From Candidatus Omnitrophota bacterium (GTDB taxonomy: Bacteria > Omnitrophota > Gorgyraeia > B26-G9): a DNA stretch of 64,000 nt. The translations under genes and the position numbers were made by a program. Location: positions 49,164-113,163 of the forward strand of contig JAHITY010000072.1 of NCBI GenBank assembly GCA_018817165.1, read 5' to 3'. Positions 19,770 to 32,200 of this stretch are shown piece by piece (the first letter of the stretch is position 1; each line of letters begins with the position of its first letter). The notes beneath the pieces were generated by a model, which was given only the letters and a program-made list of their open reading frames with translations, had not been told where the DNA came from and did no database searches.

Positions 19770-19865
19770 TTTTAAAACACACAAAATATTATTTAATTTG
19801 GAAGCATTAAAGAGCACTAAAGTATCTATAAGTAACATTATAAGCAATGCTTGAAATGTATATTT
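19770..19865. repeat. Right copy of the ~90-bp direct repeat; palindrome AAGCAaTGCTT at 19842..19852; an inverted partial copy 'gagcattgctta' at 19688..19699
   Basis: 'tctcccttttttaaaacacacaaaatatt...ctataagtaacattataagcaatgcttgaaatgtatatttta' matches 18665..18760. Confidence 0.6.
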
Positions 19866-20021
19866 TATTAGTTGGGAAATGTGTAAAATAGTACTCAGTG
19901 AGGCATTTTGTACGCATTTATTTTAATAAATTTGTGATGGGATAGTATTTATTGAATTATTAGTGTTGTAACACGCTCAAAATAAAGATATTATGAGTAA
20001 GGAGAATTTAATTTTTACAAG

Positions 20022-20050
20022 TTGTCTTGGCATAGCTATTGCTCTATAAT
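20022..20050 (+). promoter_or_regulatory. Candidate promoter of the giant gene: sigma-54 -24/-12 element TGGCAT-N5-TTGCT (20028..20043), overlapping a sigma-70-like TTGTCT-17-TATAAT (20022..20050)
   Basis: 'tTGGCATagctaTTGCTctataat'. GG (20029-30) and GC (20041-42) are separated by exactly 10 nt as in the sigma-54 consensus TGGCAC-N5-TTGCW. An NtrC-type activator gene lies 1.4 kb upstream. Confidence 0.4.
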
Positions 20051-20082
20051 ACTGAATATCTTTATTTTTAAAATTAAGGTGC

Positions 20083-20271
20083 AGTATGTTAAAAAATACG
20101 AAAAGGGAATAGTCTGTTAAGAAAAATGAAAAAATAGTATGCTAAGAAATATGAAAAAGGAATAGTATGCTAAGAAAAATGAAAAAAGAGCAGGATGTTA
20201 AGAAAAATGAAAAAATAGTATGTTAAAAAATACGAAAAGGGAGTAGTATGCTAAGAAATACGAAAAAGGTT
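20083..20271 (+). repeat. Six or seven tandem ~27-bp copies of the giant gene's own RBS/start-codon region (AGTATGYTAARAAAWAYGAAAARGGRAT), creating serial mini-uORFs
   Basis: Units begin at 20083, 20111 (CTG instead of ATG), 20136, 20164 (extended), 20217 and 20245 (the real start at 20248). uORFs: MLKNTKRE*, MLRNMKKE*, MLRKMKKEQDVKKNEKIVC*, MLKNTKRE*. Each ATG is preceded by 'aagggaat/aaaggaat' (SD-like). Confidence 0.8.
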
Positions 20272-23200
20272 AATAATATAGATTTTCCTAATAATCTGTT
20301 AAAATTTTGCTTAACTTTTTTGTTTTTTATTGGACCTTTAATTATCTTTACATCTTTTGCGCAAGCTGATGTGCCTGTGTTTATGGCTTATTCGCAAGCA
20401 AGTGCTACCAGTGGAGGCACTATTAATGTTACTAAGCCTTCTGGGACTGTACAGGGTGATTTACTTATTGCCAGTTATGTATCTGATGACATATATACCT
20501 TAACCGCGCCCTCAGGTTGGACGCTTATTCAAGGCGGATATTCAAATCCGGTTGATAATACGCCAAGTTTTGGTGTCTGGTATAAGATCGCCGATGCTTC
20601 AGAACCGACCAGCTATACATTTTCTTCAGGGGGAAACGATGACCAATATGTAGCGATTCTCAGATATCAAGGCCATGATCCGGCAGCGCCGATAAATAAT
20701 TCGGCAATTGCTTATTCCACTGGCAGCAATGCTCCTACAGCACCTTCAATAAATACTACGAGGGAAGAGTGTGTTATTTTACGGGTGTTTGGGGCTGATG
20801 ATGATGATACTCCGTATAATGTTCCGGCTGGATATTCGGAGCGCTATAATGGGAAAAGTACTGCCAGTAATAGTTCCTGCGGAGGTGCAGGCGCTGATAC
20901 TACACAGGCTTTGCCCGGGGCAACTGGGACCGCTGCTTTTTCGATGAATGCTATTGAAGAGTGGATGGCTGTAACTATTGCAATAGCTCCGCCGCCAAAG
21001 CCAAATGTAAATATCACAGTCACCCCTAACCAGACAAAGGCTCAGAACAGCGGCGGTTTGGAGTTTAAACTTGTTTTTGATCAGGTGATGAATACTTCAA
21101 TAGCGCCGGTGGTAAGTTATGACCCGGCAGGAGTACTCGGAGCCCAGTCGTGTACTGGAGGAACATGGTCAACTACGACACTGACAAATGATACATACAA
21201 AGTTTACAATGACAATCCGATAACTGATTCTACTGGTGATGGCACAGCCACGATAAGCGTGAGTGCAGCTAAAAGCGCAGCAGGGGCAATAATGAACCCT
21301 GATACGAATGACACTTTTCTTATTGATGCGACTGTTCCTATTAATCCTACACAGCCTTGCAGCGCATGGAATTCTAGCAGTAAAATAAATTCGATAGCCA
21401 ATGATACTTGGCAGGAAGCAGATAATACGCCTTATTTTGAATGGTCAGGCGCAACAGATACTGGCGGCACAGGAGTCAACGGTTATTCGGTTTATTGGGG
21501 AAATGACGCGTACGGTGAACCAGCATTAATCCAAGAACAGTCGGCCAGCAATTATAATGTTTCCTCAGGAACGGCAGATGGGGTTTATTATCTAAGAGTT
21601 AGAACTTTTGATATTATTGGTAATTACAGTCAGTCGGTAACTTTGTTTACTTTTCGCTATGATGCCGGTGTTCCTTTAAATCCGGATATTCCCTGTGCTG
21701 CTTGGCAATCAAATCTAAAAGTAAATCCCATCAGTAATAATACATGGCAGCAAGCTGATGATACGCCTTATTTTGAATGGACCGGTGCTAATGACAGCGG
21801 AGGTTCAGGAATAAGCGGCTATTCAGTTTATTGGGGTACTGATATTAATGGAGCACCAGGAGTAAGTCAAGAACAGGGCAATGCTGATTATGAGATCAGT
21901 ACTCCGACGGGTGATGGGACCTATTATTTAAGGATAAGAACTTTTGATAATCTTAATCATTATAGCGCGCCAATTACTTTATTTACATTTCGATATGACG
22001 CAACTGCTCCTTTGAATCCCACAGTTCCGTGTAATGCCTGGGATTCTTCATCTAAGAATACAGTGATTTCTGATAATACTGCTCAAGGGATTGATTCAAG
22101 TCCTTATTTTGAATGGTCTGGAGCAGATGACGGCAGCGGTCAAGGCGTCAGCGGATATTCAGTTTACTGGGGTATTGACCCAGAGGGCGAGCCGGCAACA
22201 GCACAGGAACAATCAGCGGCAAATTATAATATTGTTTCCGCGGTAAGTGAAGGTACTTATTATTTACGCATAAGGACATTTGATGCTTTGGGACATTACA
22301 GTGATGCTGTAACATTATTTACGTTTATTCTTGATCAAACAAAACCCACGGTCAGCGTGGGTGTTTTGCCTGATCCCTCTGGGCACAGAGCTCCCGGGGA
22401 ATTAGGGTTTACTTTACTTTTTTCTGAATCCATGGATATGGGTACAGATCCAATTGTAAGTTATGATCCTAGCGGAGCAACCGGAGTACAGAACGCAAGT
22501 CTTAATGGGGCTTGGTCAACAACAAATAATCCTAATGATACTTATACTGTTTACAATAGCAATGCGATAAACAGTGCTACCGGAGAAGGCACAGCAACAA
22601 TCTCGATCAGCATGGCAAAAGATATTGCCGGCAATACAATGCTGGCTGACACTAATGATGTTTTCTCGATCAATACAGCGATAGACCATTTTGTAATTGA
22701 GCATGATGGATCAGGATTAATTAATATTCCGGAAACTATAACTATTACCGCGAAAAATATCACTAACTGTACGGTAAATGATTTTACCGGTCAGATAACA
22801 TTAAGTACTTTAAATGAAACAAAACAGATCACCTGGGCTTTGGTCAGCGGCAATGGAACTTTTGTTGATAATGGATTAGGCAATGATTCAGCAACCTATA
22901 CTTTTAATGCCGCTGACAATGGGGTGGTTGTATTGCAGCTTACTTGCAGTGCGGCAAACAACTTGGATATTGAGGCAACGGATGGAACGCATAGTGATGA
23001 TGATACTGAAGGAACCTTGGTTATTTCGACAACGGCTTTAGGCTGGTTTGTGATTGAGCATGATAATGCGGCAGTTGCCGGAGTAAAAGAAGATATAAAA
23101 GTCACAGCCAAAGATACAAATGGCCTGACGAAAACAGATTATGTGGGAACAGTTATTTTAGATACCACGGGAACACCAACAACAATTTCCTGGACGATCA

Positions 23201-26200
23201 GTACTGGACTGGGAACTTTTAGCGAAGGCGGAGCAAGTGTTGATACAGCGCAATACACATTTAATCCCAATGATAATGGTGTGGCTATATTTACTATAAA
23301 GGATACTAAAGCGGAAACTTTGAATATATCGGTTGATGACGCAGGGAAAACTGATAATAATCTTGAGGGTAATCTAGTTATTGCCCCAGGGGCATTGAAT
23401 CATTTTATTGTCAGCCATGATGCTCAAGCCATAGCCGGCATAGCGGACAGTGTGACAATCAGAGCTTATGATATTTATAATAATATTAAAACTGATTATG
23501 TCGGGACAATGACAGTAGATACAAATGGAACAGACAGCGCGATCAGTTGGGCAAAGATCAGCGGTAATGGAATATTTACTGACGGCGGTCCCTCGGCTGA
23601 TACCGCGACCTATGGTTTTGTATCAGCTGACGCGGGGGTAGTTGTTTTAAGTATTACTGATACAAAAAAAGAAACAATTGATATTGATGCCAGTGCTGAG
23701 GGGAAAACAGATACTGATTCTGAGGGGACAATGGTGATCAGTGCCGCGGCAATTGATTATTTTCTGATCAGTCATGATACGGCGGGATCCGCGGGAGTTG
23801 CTGAACAGGTGACTGTTTTGGCAAAAGACAGTTATGGAAATACCAAGACTGATTATACCGGGACAATTACTTTGGATACTAATGGTACGGCAGCAGCAAT
23901 CAGCTGGGCCAAGGCAGTGGGCAATGGAATATTTACGGATAATGGGCCGAGTGTTGATACAGCAACCTATGTTTTTGATTTAACTGACAATGGTATTGCC
24001 GTATTTTCAATAATTGATAGTACCGCTGAATCGATTAATATTTCTGTAAGCGGAGACGCTAAGACAGATAATAATACTGAAGGTAATTTAGTCATCGGGC
24101 CAGCGGTTATCTGGTCATTTCGGGTAACACATGACGGCGCGGGTAATGCTGGGTTAGCGGAAACAGTTACAATTACCGCATTGAACAGTATTGGCCAGAT
24201 AAAAACGGATTATACCGGAACGATTACAATTGATACCAACGGAACAGCTACAGCAATCAGTTGGACTAAATTGATCGGCAATGGGACATTTAATGATGGC
24301 GGTGTGGCTGTTGATACAGCGGTTTATACTTTTTCTGCTTTGGATAATGGTGTGGTAACGCTGGCGATAACGGATAATGCGGTAGAGAGTATTGATATTG
24401 ATGTCAGCGGAAGCGGGAAGACTGATGATGACAGCGAAGGCTTGATGAATATTGATACTGCTTTGCTTGCTTATTTTAGGATAGCGCATGATGGGATTGC
24501 TGTTGCGGGAATAAATGAAAATATTACAATTACCGCCAAAGATACCTTAGGGCAAACTAAGACAGATTATACGGGAACAATATATATAGATACTGACGGC
24601 ACGGCGAATACAATTACCTGGACAAAGATCAGCGGAGCAGGCGGATTTGTCGATGACGGAGCAGCCGCGGATACTTGTGCTTATACATTCAGCGCAGCGG
24701 ATAATGGTGTTGTTGTGCTGGGGATGTCTGATACTTTTACTGAAACAATCAATATCTCAGTATCCGGCAGCGCGTCTGATGATAATACTGAAGGATTATT
24801 ACAGGTTCGTCCCGGAACATTGAGTAAATTTATTATTTCGCATGATAATAATGCGTTTACCGGAATTCCCGAGCATATTACTATAGCAGCTTATGATGGA
24901 TTTAATAATATTAAAACAGATTATACTGGTTCAATCATCGTTGATACCAATGGCACGGCAACAACTATTTCTTGGGCAAAATATCAAGGCGCAGGAACTT
25001 TTGTTGATGGCGGTGCAAGTGTTGATACAGCAACTTATACATACAATTCAGCAGACACGGGAATTGTAACATTGGATATGACTGATATGACTGCTGAGAC
25101 AATAAATATTTCGGTAAGCGGAGGCGGCAGTGTTGATGATAATACTGAAGGCAATCTGGTTATTACTCAGTTTTTACTGGGCAATTGGACTTATAATAAG
25201 GAAGTGACGATTGATCGGACAAAAGTAATGGCTGCTCTGACTGATTTCCCTGTGCTGATAAGTATTGTGGATACAGCTTTGCGGGACAATGCCCGCAGCG
25301 ATGGTTTTGACATTGTGTTTACAGCAAGTGATAAGAATACTAAGTTGGATCATGAAATAGAAAGCTTTGATAAGGCAACCGGGACTTTAGTCGCCTGGGT
25401 AAAAATTCCCAGTCTTTTGGCATCAGCAGACACAAAAATTTATATGTATTACGGAAATCCGGCTGCCAGTGATCAGCAGAATAAAAGCGGAGTATGGGAT
25501 TCATCATACAAAGGAGTATGGCATTTAAATAATGATCCTTCAATAACAGCGCCGCAGGTAAAAGATTCAACTTCTAATAATAATGCGATGACTTCTTACG
25601 GCACAATGACCAATACTGATTTAGTTTACGCGAAAGTCGGCAAAGGAATTGATTTTGACGGCAGTAATGATTACTTTAAAAAAACCAGTCCGGTTGGAGT
25701 GGGAACACCGGGTGATTATACTGTTTCGGCATGGTTTAAATACACTTCTTCTCCGGCAAATTACGGAACGATTTATAATCATAATAATTATTCTCCTCAA
25801 TTTGGTTTTTATAATCAAAGCGTAGCCATGGTTTATCACAGTTCCTTAATTACTTCCAGCGGAACAGCCACGCATAATGATAATCAATGGCATAAGGTTG
25901 ACTATCGCAGAGTAGGGTCAACTGTTTACTTTTATGTTGATGGTGTTTTGCATGGAACCGGCAGTCATACCCGGACATTTCCTACAGCAACATCAGCCTT
26001 GATTGGCTGGTCAAATTACAGCAATGAGTATTGGCTAGGGCAGCTGGATGAAGTGCGCTACTCAACCACAGCGCGTTCTCCGGAATGGATCGCCACAGAA
26101 TATAATAATCAAAATTCACCAGCTACTTTTATAAATGTTGGTTTAGCGGCAACCGCAACAGCAAATCCAGTGATAACGGATACTGTTCCTGTCGGGCAGA

Positions 26201-29200
26201 CAGGTAATTTAATCCTTAATGTTTCGGTTACTAACAATGAAGGAAGCGTTTTAACGATAAACAGCATTACCCTGAATAATGTCGGGACAGCCAGTGATGC
26301 TGAGATAACAGCAGTAAAACTTTACTATGATTCGAATAATTCTTTGGATTATACTCCGGGAGTGGATACACAGGTTGGCAATAGCGGTTTTTCTTCAGGC
26401 ACTAAGATGTTTTCCGGATTTAATATAAATATTTCGGCGGGAGCAACCCAATATTTATTCGCGGTTGTTGATGTGGCTTCGGCTTGCGCTAGTGGTAAAA
26501 TATTGGATGTCTCTATTCCGATCAATGGGATCACTTTTTCTAATGGTAAGAAACTGGCTAGCGCGGTTTTAAATTCCAATGGGACAAGACAGACATATAT
26601 AGGTTTGAATCATTTTGTGATTAATCATGATGGCGCGGCGATTGCCGGCTTAGATGAACATATTACGATTACAGCTAAAGATGCTTATGGTAATACTAAA
26701 ACAGACTATACCGGGACAATAACTGTTGATACTGATGGTACCGCGGAATCAATCTCCTGGTCAAAATACGCAGGTAACGGAGTGTTTACTGACGGAGGTT
26801 CAAGCCTTGATACGGCGACATATACTTTCGCGCTATCAGATGGAGGAGTTGTAGTTTTAAATATCAGCAATCAGATCGCTCAGACAATCAATATCTCGGT
26901 AAACGGTGACGCTAAGAGTGATGATAATACAGAACCTGATCTTAGTTTTTCCGCGGGGTTGGTGGATAAATTTATTCTAAATCATGATCAGGCGGCGATT
27001 GCCGGGCAAGGAGAAACAATTACGATTATTGTGAAAGATAGTTTTGGCAATACAGTGACTAATTATTCCGGACAGATAACTTTGGGAACAGATGGTTCGG
27101 CTGCGGATATTAGCTGGACACTTAATTCCGGTTCAGGCATATTTTTGAATAATGGAGCTGGTGCCGGCACGGCAATGTATACTTTTGATCCGAGTGATTC
27201 CGGAACAGCGAGCTTTGAAATAATGGATAATAAAGCAGAGACAATAAATATTATCGCGGTTGGGGATGGAAAATATGATGATAATAGTGAAGGAGCGCTT
27301 GTTGTGGCGCCTGGAGAATTACACCATTTTGTGATCAGTCATGATCAATCTGCTAATGCCGGCAGCGCGGAAGTGATTTCCATAACAGCTTTAGACAGTT
27401 TAAATAATATAAAAACTAATTATACCGGAACAGTTACTTTGGATACAACAGGGACAGCGACAAAAATTACTTGGGCGCTTAATGCGGGTAATGGAATTTT
27501 TATTGACGGCGGAGGATCATTAGATACGGCGACATATACGTTTAATGCTTTGGATAATGGGATAGCGGTATTTAATTTAACTGATACAAAAGCAGAAATA
27601 ATTAATATTTCAGTTGTTGCCGGCAGTATTACTGATAATGATACTGAGGGCAATATGATTGTTGGACCCGGAGAAATAGATTATTTTCTGATCAGTCATG
27701 ATAGAATAGCGACAACTGATGTTTCAGAGCAAATAATGATCACAGCTTATGATGCTTTTGCGAATATTAAAAATGATTATACCGGGACAATAGGATTAGA
27801 TACCACGGGAACGGTTACGACAATCACCTGGACATTGATCAGCGGTGAAGGGATATTTAATGACTCAGGCCCTTCAGATGATACTGCCAGCTATACTTTT
27901 ACCGCGGATGATTCAGGAGTGGTTATTGTAAGCATTATTAATTATACAGCGGAATCAGTAAATATATCGGTTACAGGAGATGGTAAAACAGATAATAATC
28001 TTGAAGGAAATCTAGTATTTGTTTCTTCCGGGATCGATCATTTTTTAATTGTTCATGATAATAACGCGATTGCCGGTATCGCGGAAAGTATTTCAATTTA
28101 TGCTAAAAACGCTAATGGCGATACCTTGACCAGTTACGGCGGGCAAATTACGATTGATACAACCGGAACCCCCGGAACAATCAGCTGGGCATTACAATCA
28201 GGTACCGGGGATTTTACTGATTCCGGTGCTGCTGATGATACTTGTTCTTATATATATGATGATGCTGATTTGGGTGTAGTTGTTTTGACTATGATTGATT
28301 CTACGGAAGAAACAATAAATATTTCAGTTTTCGGTGAAGCTAAAACAGATAATAATACAGAAGGAAATTTAGTGATTAATCCCGCAGGGCTGCATCATTT
28401 TTCAATCACCCATGATAATAACGCAATTGCTGGAATCGGGGAAACAGTAACTATTCAGGCAAAGGACGCGAATAATAATACTTTAAATACTTATGCCGGA
28501 CAAATTAATCTGGATACAACTGGGACAGCAACAACAGTTACTTGGGCAAAAATTTCCGGTAATGGCAGTTTTAGTGATGGGGGAGCTTTGGTTGATACAG
28601 CAACATATTCGTATGTTGCCGGAGACAGCGGGACTTGTGTTTTGAGTATTACAGATACTAAAGTAGAATCCTTAAACATATCAGTAGCTGGCGGGGGGAA
28701 AACTGACGATGATAAAGAAGGCTTATTAACAATTGGGGCAGGAGCGATTGATCATTTTACAATCAGTCATGATGGAATCGCGGTTGCCGGGGTCGCGGAT
28801 AATGTAACGATAACGGCTTATGATGCTTATGGTAATATTAAGACTAATTATACAGGTCAAATTACTTTGGATACTAATGGTACCGCGACAACAATAACCT
28901 GGGCCAAAGCTGCGGGACTGGGAACTTTTATTGAAGGCGGAGCAGCAGTGGATACAGCGACATATACATTTTTAGCTGCGGATAATGGGCAATGCATACT
29001 TAAAATAACTGATACAAAATCAGAAAGTCTGAATATTTCTGTTATCGGAGATGGAAAAAGTGACAATGATTCAGAAGGTAATTTAATTGTCAGTCCAACC
29101 AGTTTACAGTATTTTATGGTCAGTCATGATACTAATGCTGAGGCGGGAGTAGCGGAAAATATAACAATCACAGCCTATGATCTATATTCAAATATCAAAG

Positions 29201-32200
29201 ATAATTATACCGGGACAATAACTTTGGATACAAATGGAACGGCAACAACAATCAGCTGGTCGAAAGTAACTGGTAATGGTGTGTTTACTGATGGCGGGGC
29301 AGCTGTAGATACCGCTACTTATACTTATACTGACAGTGATAAAGGCATTGTGGTATTAAGTATTAATGACACTAAAAAAGAGAATATTGATATTGATGTT
29401 TTTGGCGGAGGAAAAACCGATACGGATACTGAGGGTATTTTAGTTATAGCTCCGACCAGTATTAATCACTTTGTAATTACGCATGATGGCAATGCTGAGG
29501 CTGGGATAGCGGAAAATATAACAGTTAAAGCATATGATATTTACTCAAATTTAAAAGATAATTATATGGGTACGATCGGCTTAAATACTAATGGAACAGA
29601 GACAACTATAACCTGGGCAAAGATAACTGGTAATGGCGTATTTGTCGATGGCGGCGCGGCTGTGGATACAGCAAGTTATACTTACGCAGATAGTGATGAT
29701 GGTATTGCGGTTTTTTCGATTACAGATACAAAAAAAGAGGTAATCAATATTACTATATCCGGGGATGGTAAAAGCGATACTAATACCGAAGGTGATTTAA
29801 CAGTAGGCGCTTCGGCGATTAATTATTTTACGATTTTTCATGACGGATCAGGGGTGGTTGGTTTGGGCGAATCAATCGCGATTTACGCTAAAGATACTTG
29901 GGGAAATATTAAAGATAATTATATCGGACAGATCACTGTGGATACTAATGGAACAGCAACAGCGATTGCCTGGACATTATCTGCCGGAGTCGGCGTATTT
30001 GTCGACGGAGGAGCGGCAGCTGATACCGCGACATATACTTTCAGTGATGCTGATGACGGTTTGGTTGTTCTGTCTTTAAATAACAGTGTCGCGGAAACAA
30101 TAAATATTTCAGTCAGCGGTGACGGCAAGACAGATGATAATACAGAAGGCAATTTAATTATAAATCCAGTGGGCGGATTAAATACCGGTTATTTATCGCC
30201 AACAGCAAATAGCGGTAATTTTACCAGCCCGGCAAATGCTTATGCTAATGATACCTCGCGGGCAACTTCATCTAATGGGCAATCACAGCAGTATTCTAAT
30301 TACGGGATCAATATTCCTGCGGGATCAACGATTTTAGGGATTGAAGTACAGATGGACGCGTATGCTTCAACTACTACTGGTTTGATCCAAGGACTGGTTG
30401 AATTATCCTGGAATGGTGGAACAAATTTTACTTCCACTGGAAAAATTACTCCGGATATGATTACCTCTGAAGTAACTTATATTTTGGGCGGGCCAACTGA
30501 TATTTGGGGCAGGACATGGACAGTCGCGGATTTAACCAATGCTAATTTTCGTTTAAGAATTAATGCCAGCACCCCTGGGACAACAAGTTATTTATATCTG
30601 GATTGGATCCCGGTCAGGGTTTATTATGATCTGCCGCCAGACGCGATTGCTAATCCTGTCAGCACAAATTCAGTGTCCGCCGGGGCAAGTAATATTTTAA
30701 GCCTTGACATTACGGTTACCAACTCTGCCAGCCAGAATAGAATTATAAATTCTCTGACAATTAATAATACCGGAACTTTATCAGATACAGAGATTGCTTC
30801 ATTAAAATTATATTATGACAGTAATAATTCCGGGGATTATACAGTAAATGTTGATAATCAAGTCGGCTCAGGGGTATTTAATTCCGCCTCAAAAACTTTT
30901 ACTGGCTTAATTATAACTGTTCCGCCCAGCGGTTCGGCAGATCTTTTTGTAGTTTGTCAGATCGCGCAAACTGTAAATGACGCGGATACTTTGGATATAC
31001 AGATCCCGAGCAATGGAATAAGTTTTGCTAATGGAGTTCAAATAGAAGATACAGCATTAAATTCAGCAGGGATAATCCCGGTTTCCTTAGTATTAAATCA
31101 TTTTGTGATTGTGCATGATCAAGCGGCGGTCACTGGTATTCCGGAACAGGTAAGAATCACGGCGCATGATGTTTATGGAAATATTAAGACAGCCTACACC
31201 GGGACAATAACTTTGGATACAAACGGAACCGCAACAGCGATAACTTGGGCAAAAGTCACAGGTAATGGGGTGTTTACAGACGGCGGAGCAGCTGTTGATA
31301 CAGCGACATATATATTTAACGCAACGGATAATGGTACTGCTTTGTTTAGCATTGTTGATAATAAAGCTGAGACAATTAATATTTCAGTCAGCGGAAACGC
31401 TAAAATTGATGATAATACTGAAGGCAATCTTGTGATTTCTTCGGGAGCAATCGACCATTTTCAGATTAGTCATGATAGCGCGGCTGTTGCCGGAGTCCCG
31501 GAAAACATAATCATAACAGCAAAAGACGTGTTTAATAATACGGTTGCTAATTATACCGGACAAATAATTCTAGACACAAATGGCACTGCCGCGGGAATAA
31601 GCTGGGAATTGTTTTCCGGTTTTGGAGTTTTTGCTGATGGCGGTCAAGGAGTTGATACGGCAACTTATACTTTTAATTCCTCGGATAATTCAACTGTTAC
31701 TTTTACGCTTACCGCAACAGTAGCGGAAACTCTTAATATCGCGGTAACCGGGGATGGGAAAGCTGATGATAATACTGAGGCAAATCTGATTGTTTCGGCT
31801 GCGGGTTTGAATCATTTTTTAATTAATCATGACGGAGCAGCGCAAGCGGGAGTAGCGGAGACAATAACAATCACGGCAAAAGATCAGTATGGGAATACGA
31901 AAAAGAATTATACTGAACAGATCAGTTTGGATACCAATGGAACAGCCTCGACAATAGTTTGGGCAAAAATCAGCGGTAATGGTACATTTGTTGACGGCGG
32001 TTTATCTGTTGATACTGCTACCTATACCTATAATTTGGCGGATAATGGCGTAGTTATATTATCACTGAAAGATACAAATCTTGAATCTTTAAATATTTCA
32101 GTTTCCGGATCAGGCAAAACAGATAATGATAGTGAAGGGCTACTTAATGTCGGCCCAGGGATAATTAATCATTTTTCAATTATCCATGATGGTTTTGGAT

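Noticed and set aside
20083-20271. Possible CRISPR array suggested by regular ~27-bp direct repeats
   Set aside because: Units are contiguous with no intervening unique spacers. Each unit is a copy of the downstream gene's RBS+ATG. No cas genes are nearby. The same reasoning excludes the 7-bp microsatellites.
27420-27653. Recurrent minus-strand ORFs of 60-80 aa inside the giant gene (e.g. 26349..26579, 27420..27653, 28491..28679, 28857..29066, 29919..30152, 31194..31427, 34407..34631) with similar 'MPSVLSS...YVAVS...PPS' translations
   Set aside because: They are antisense read-throughs of the near-identical ~357-nt Ig-like repeat units of the 6130-aa ORF. They recur only because the sense repeat recurs, and they have no RBS or start-codon context.
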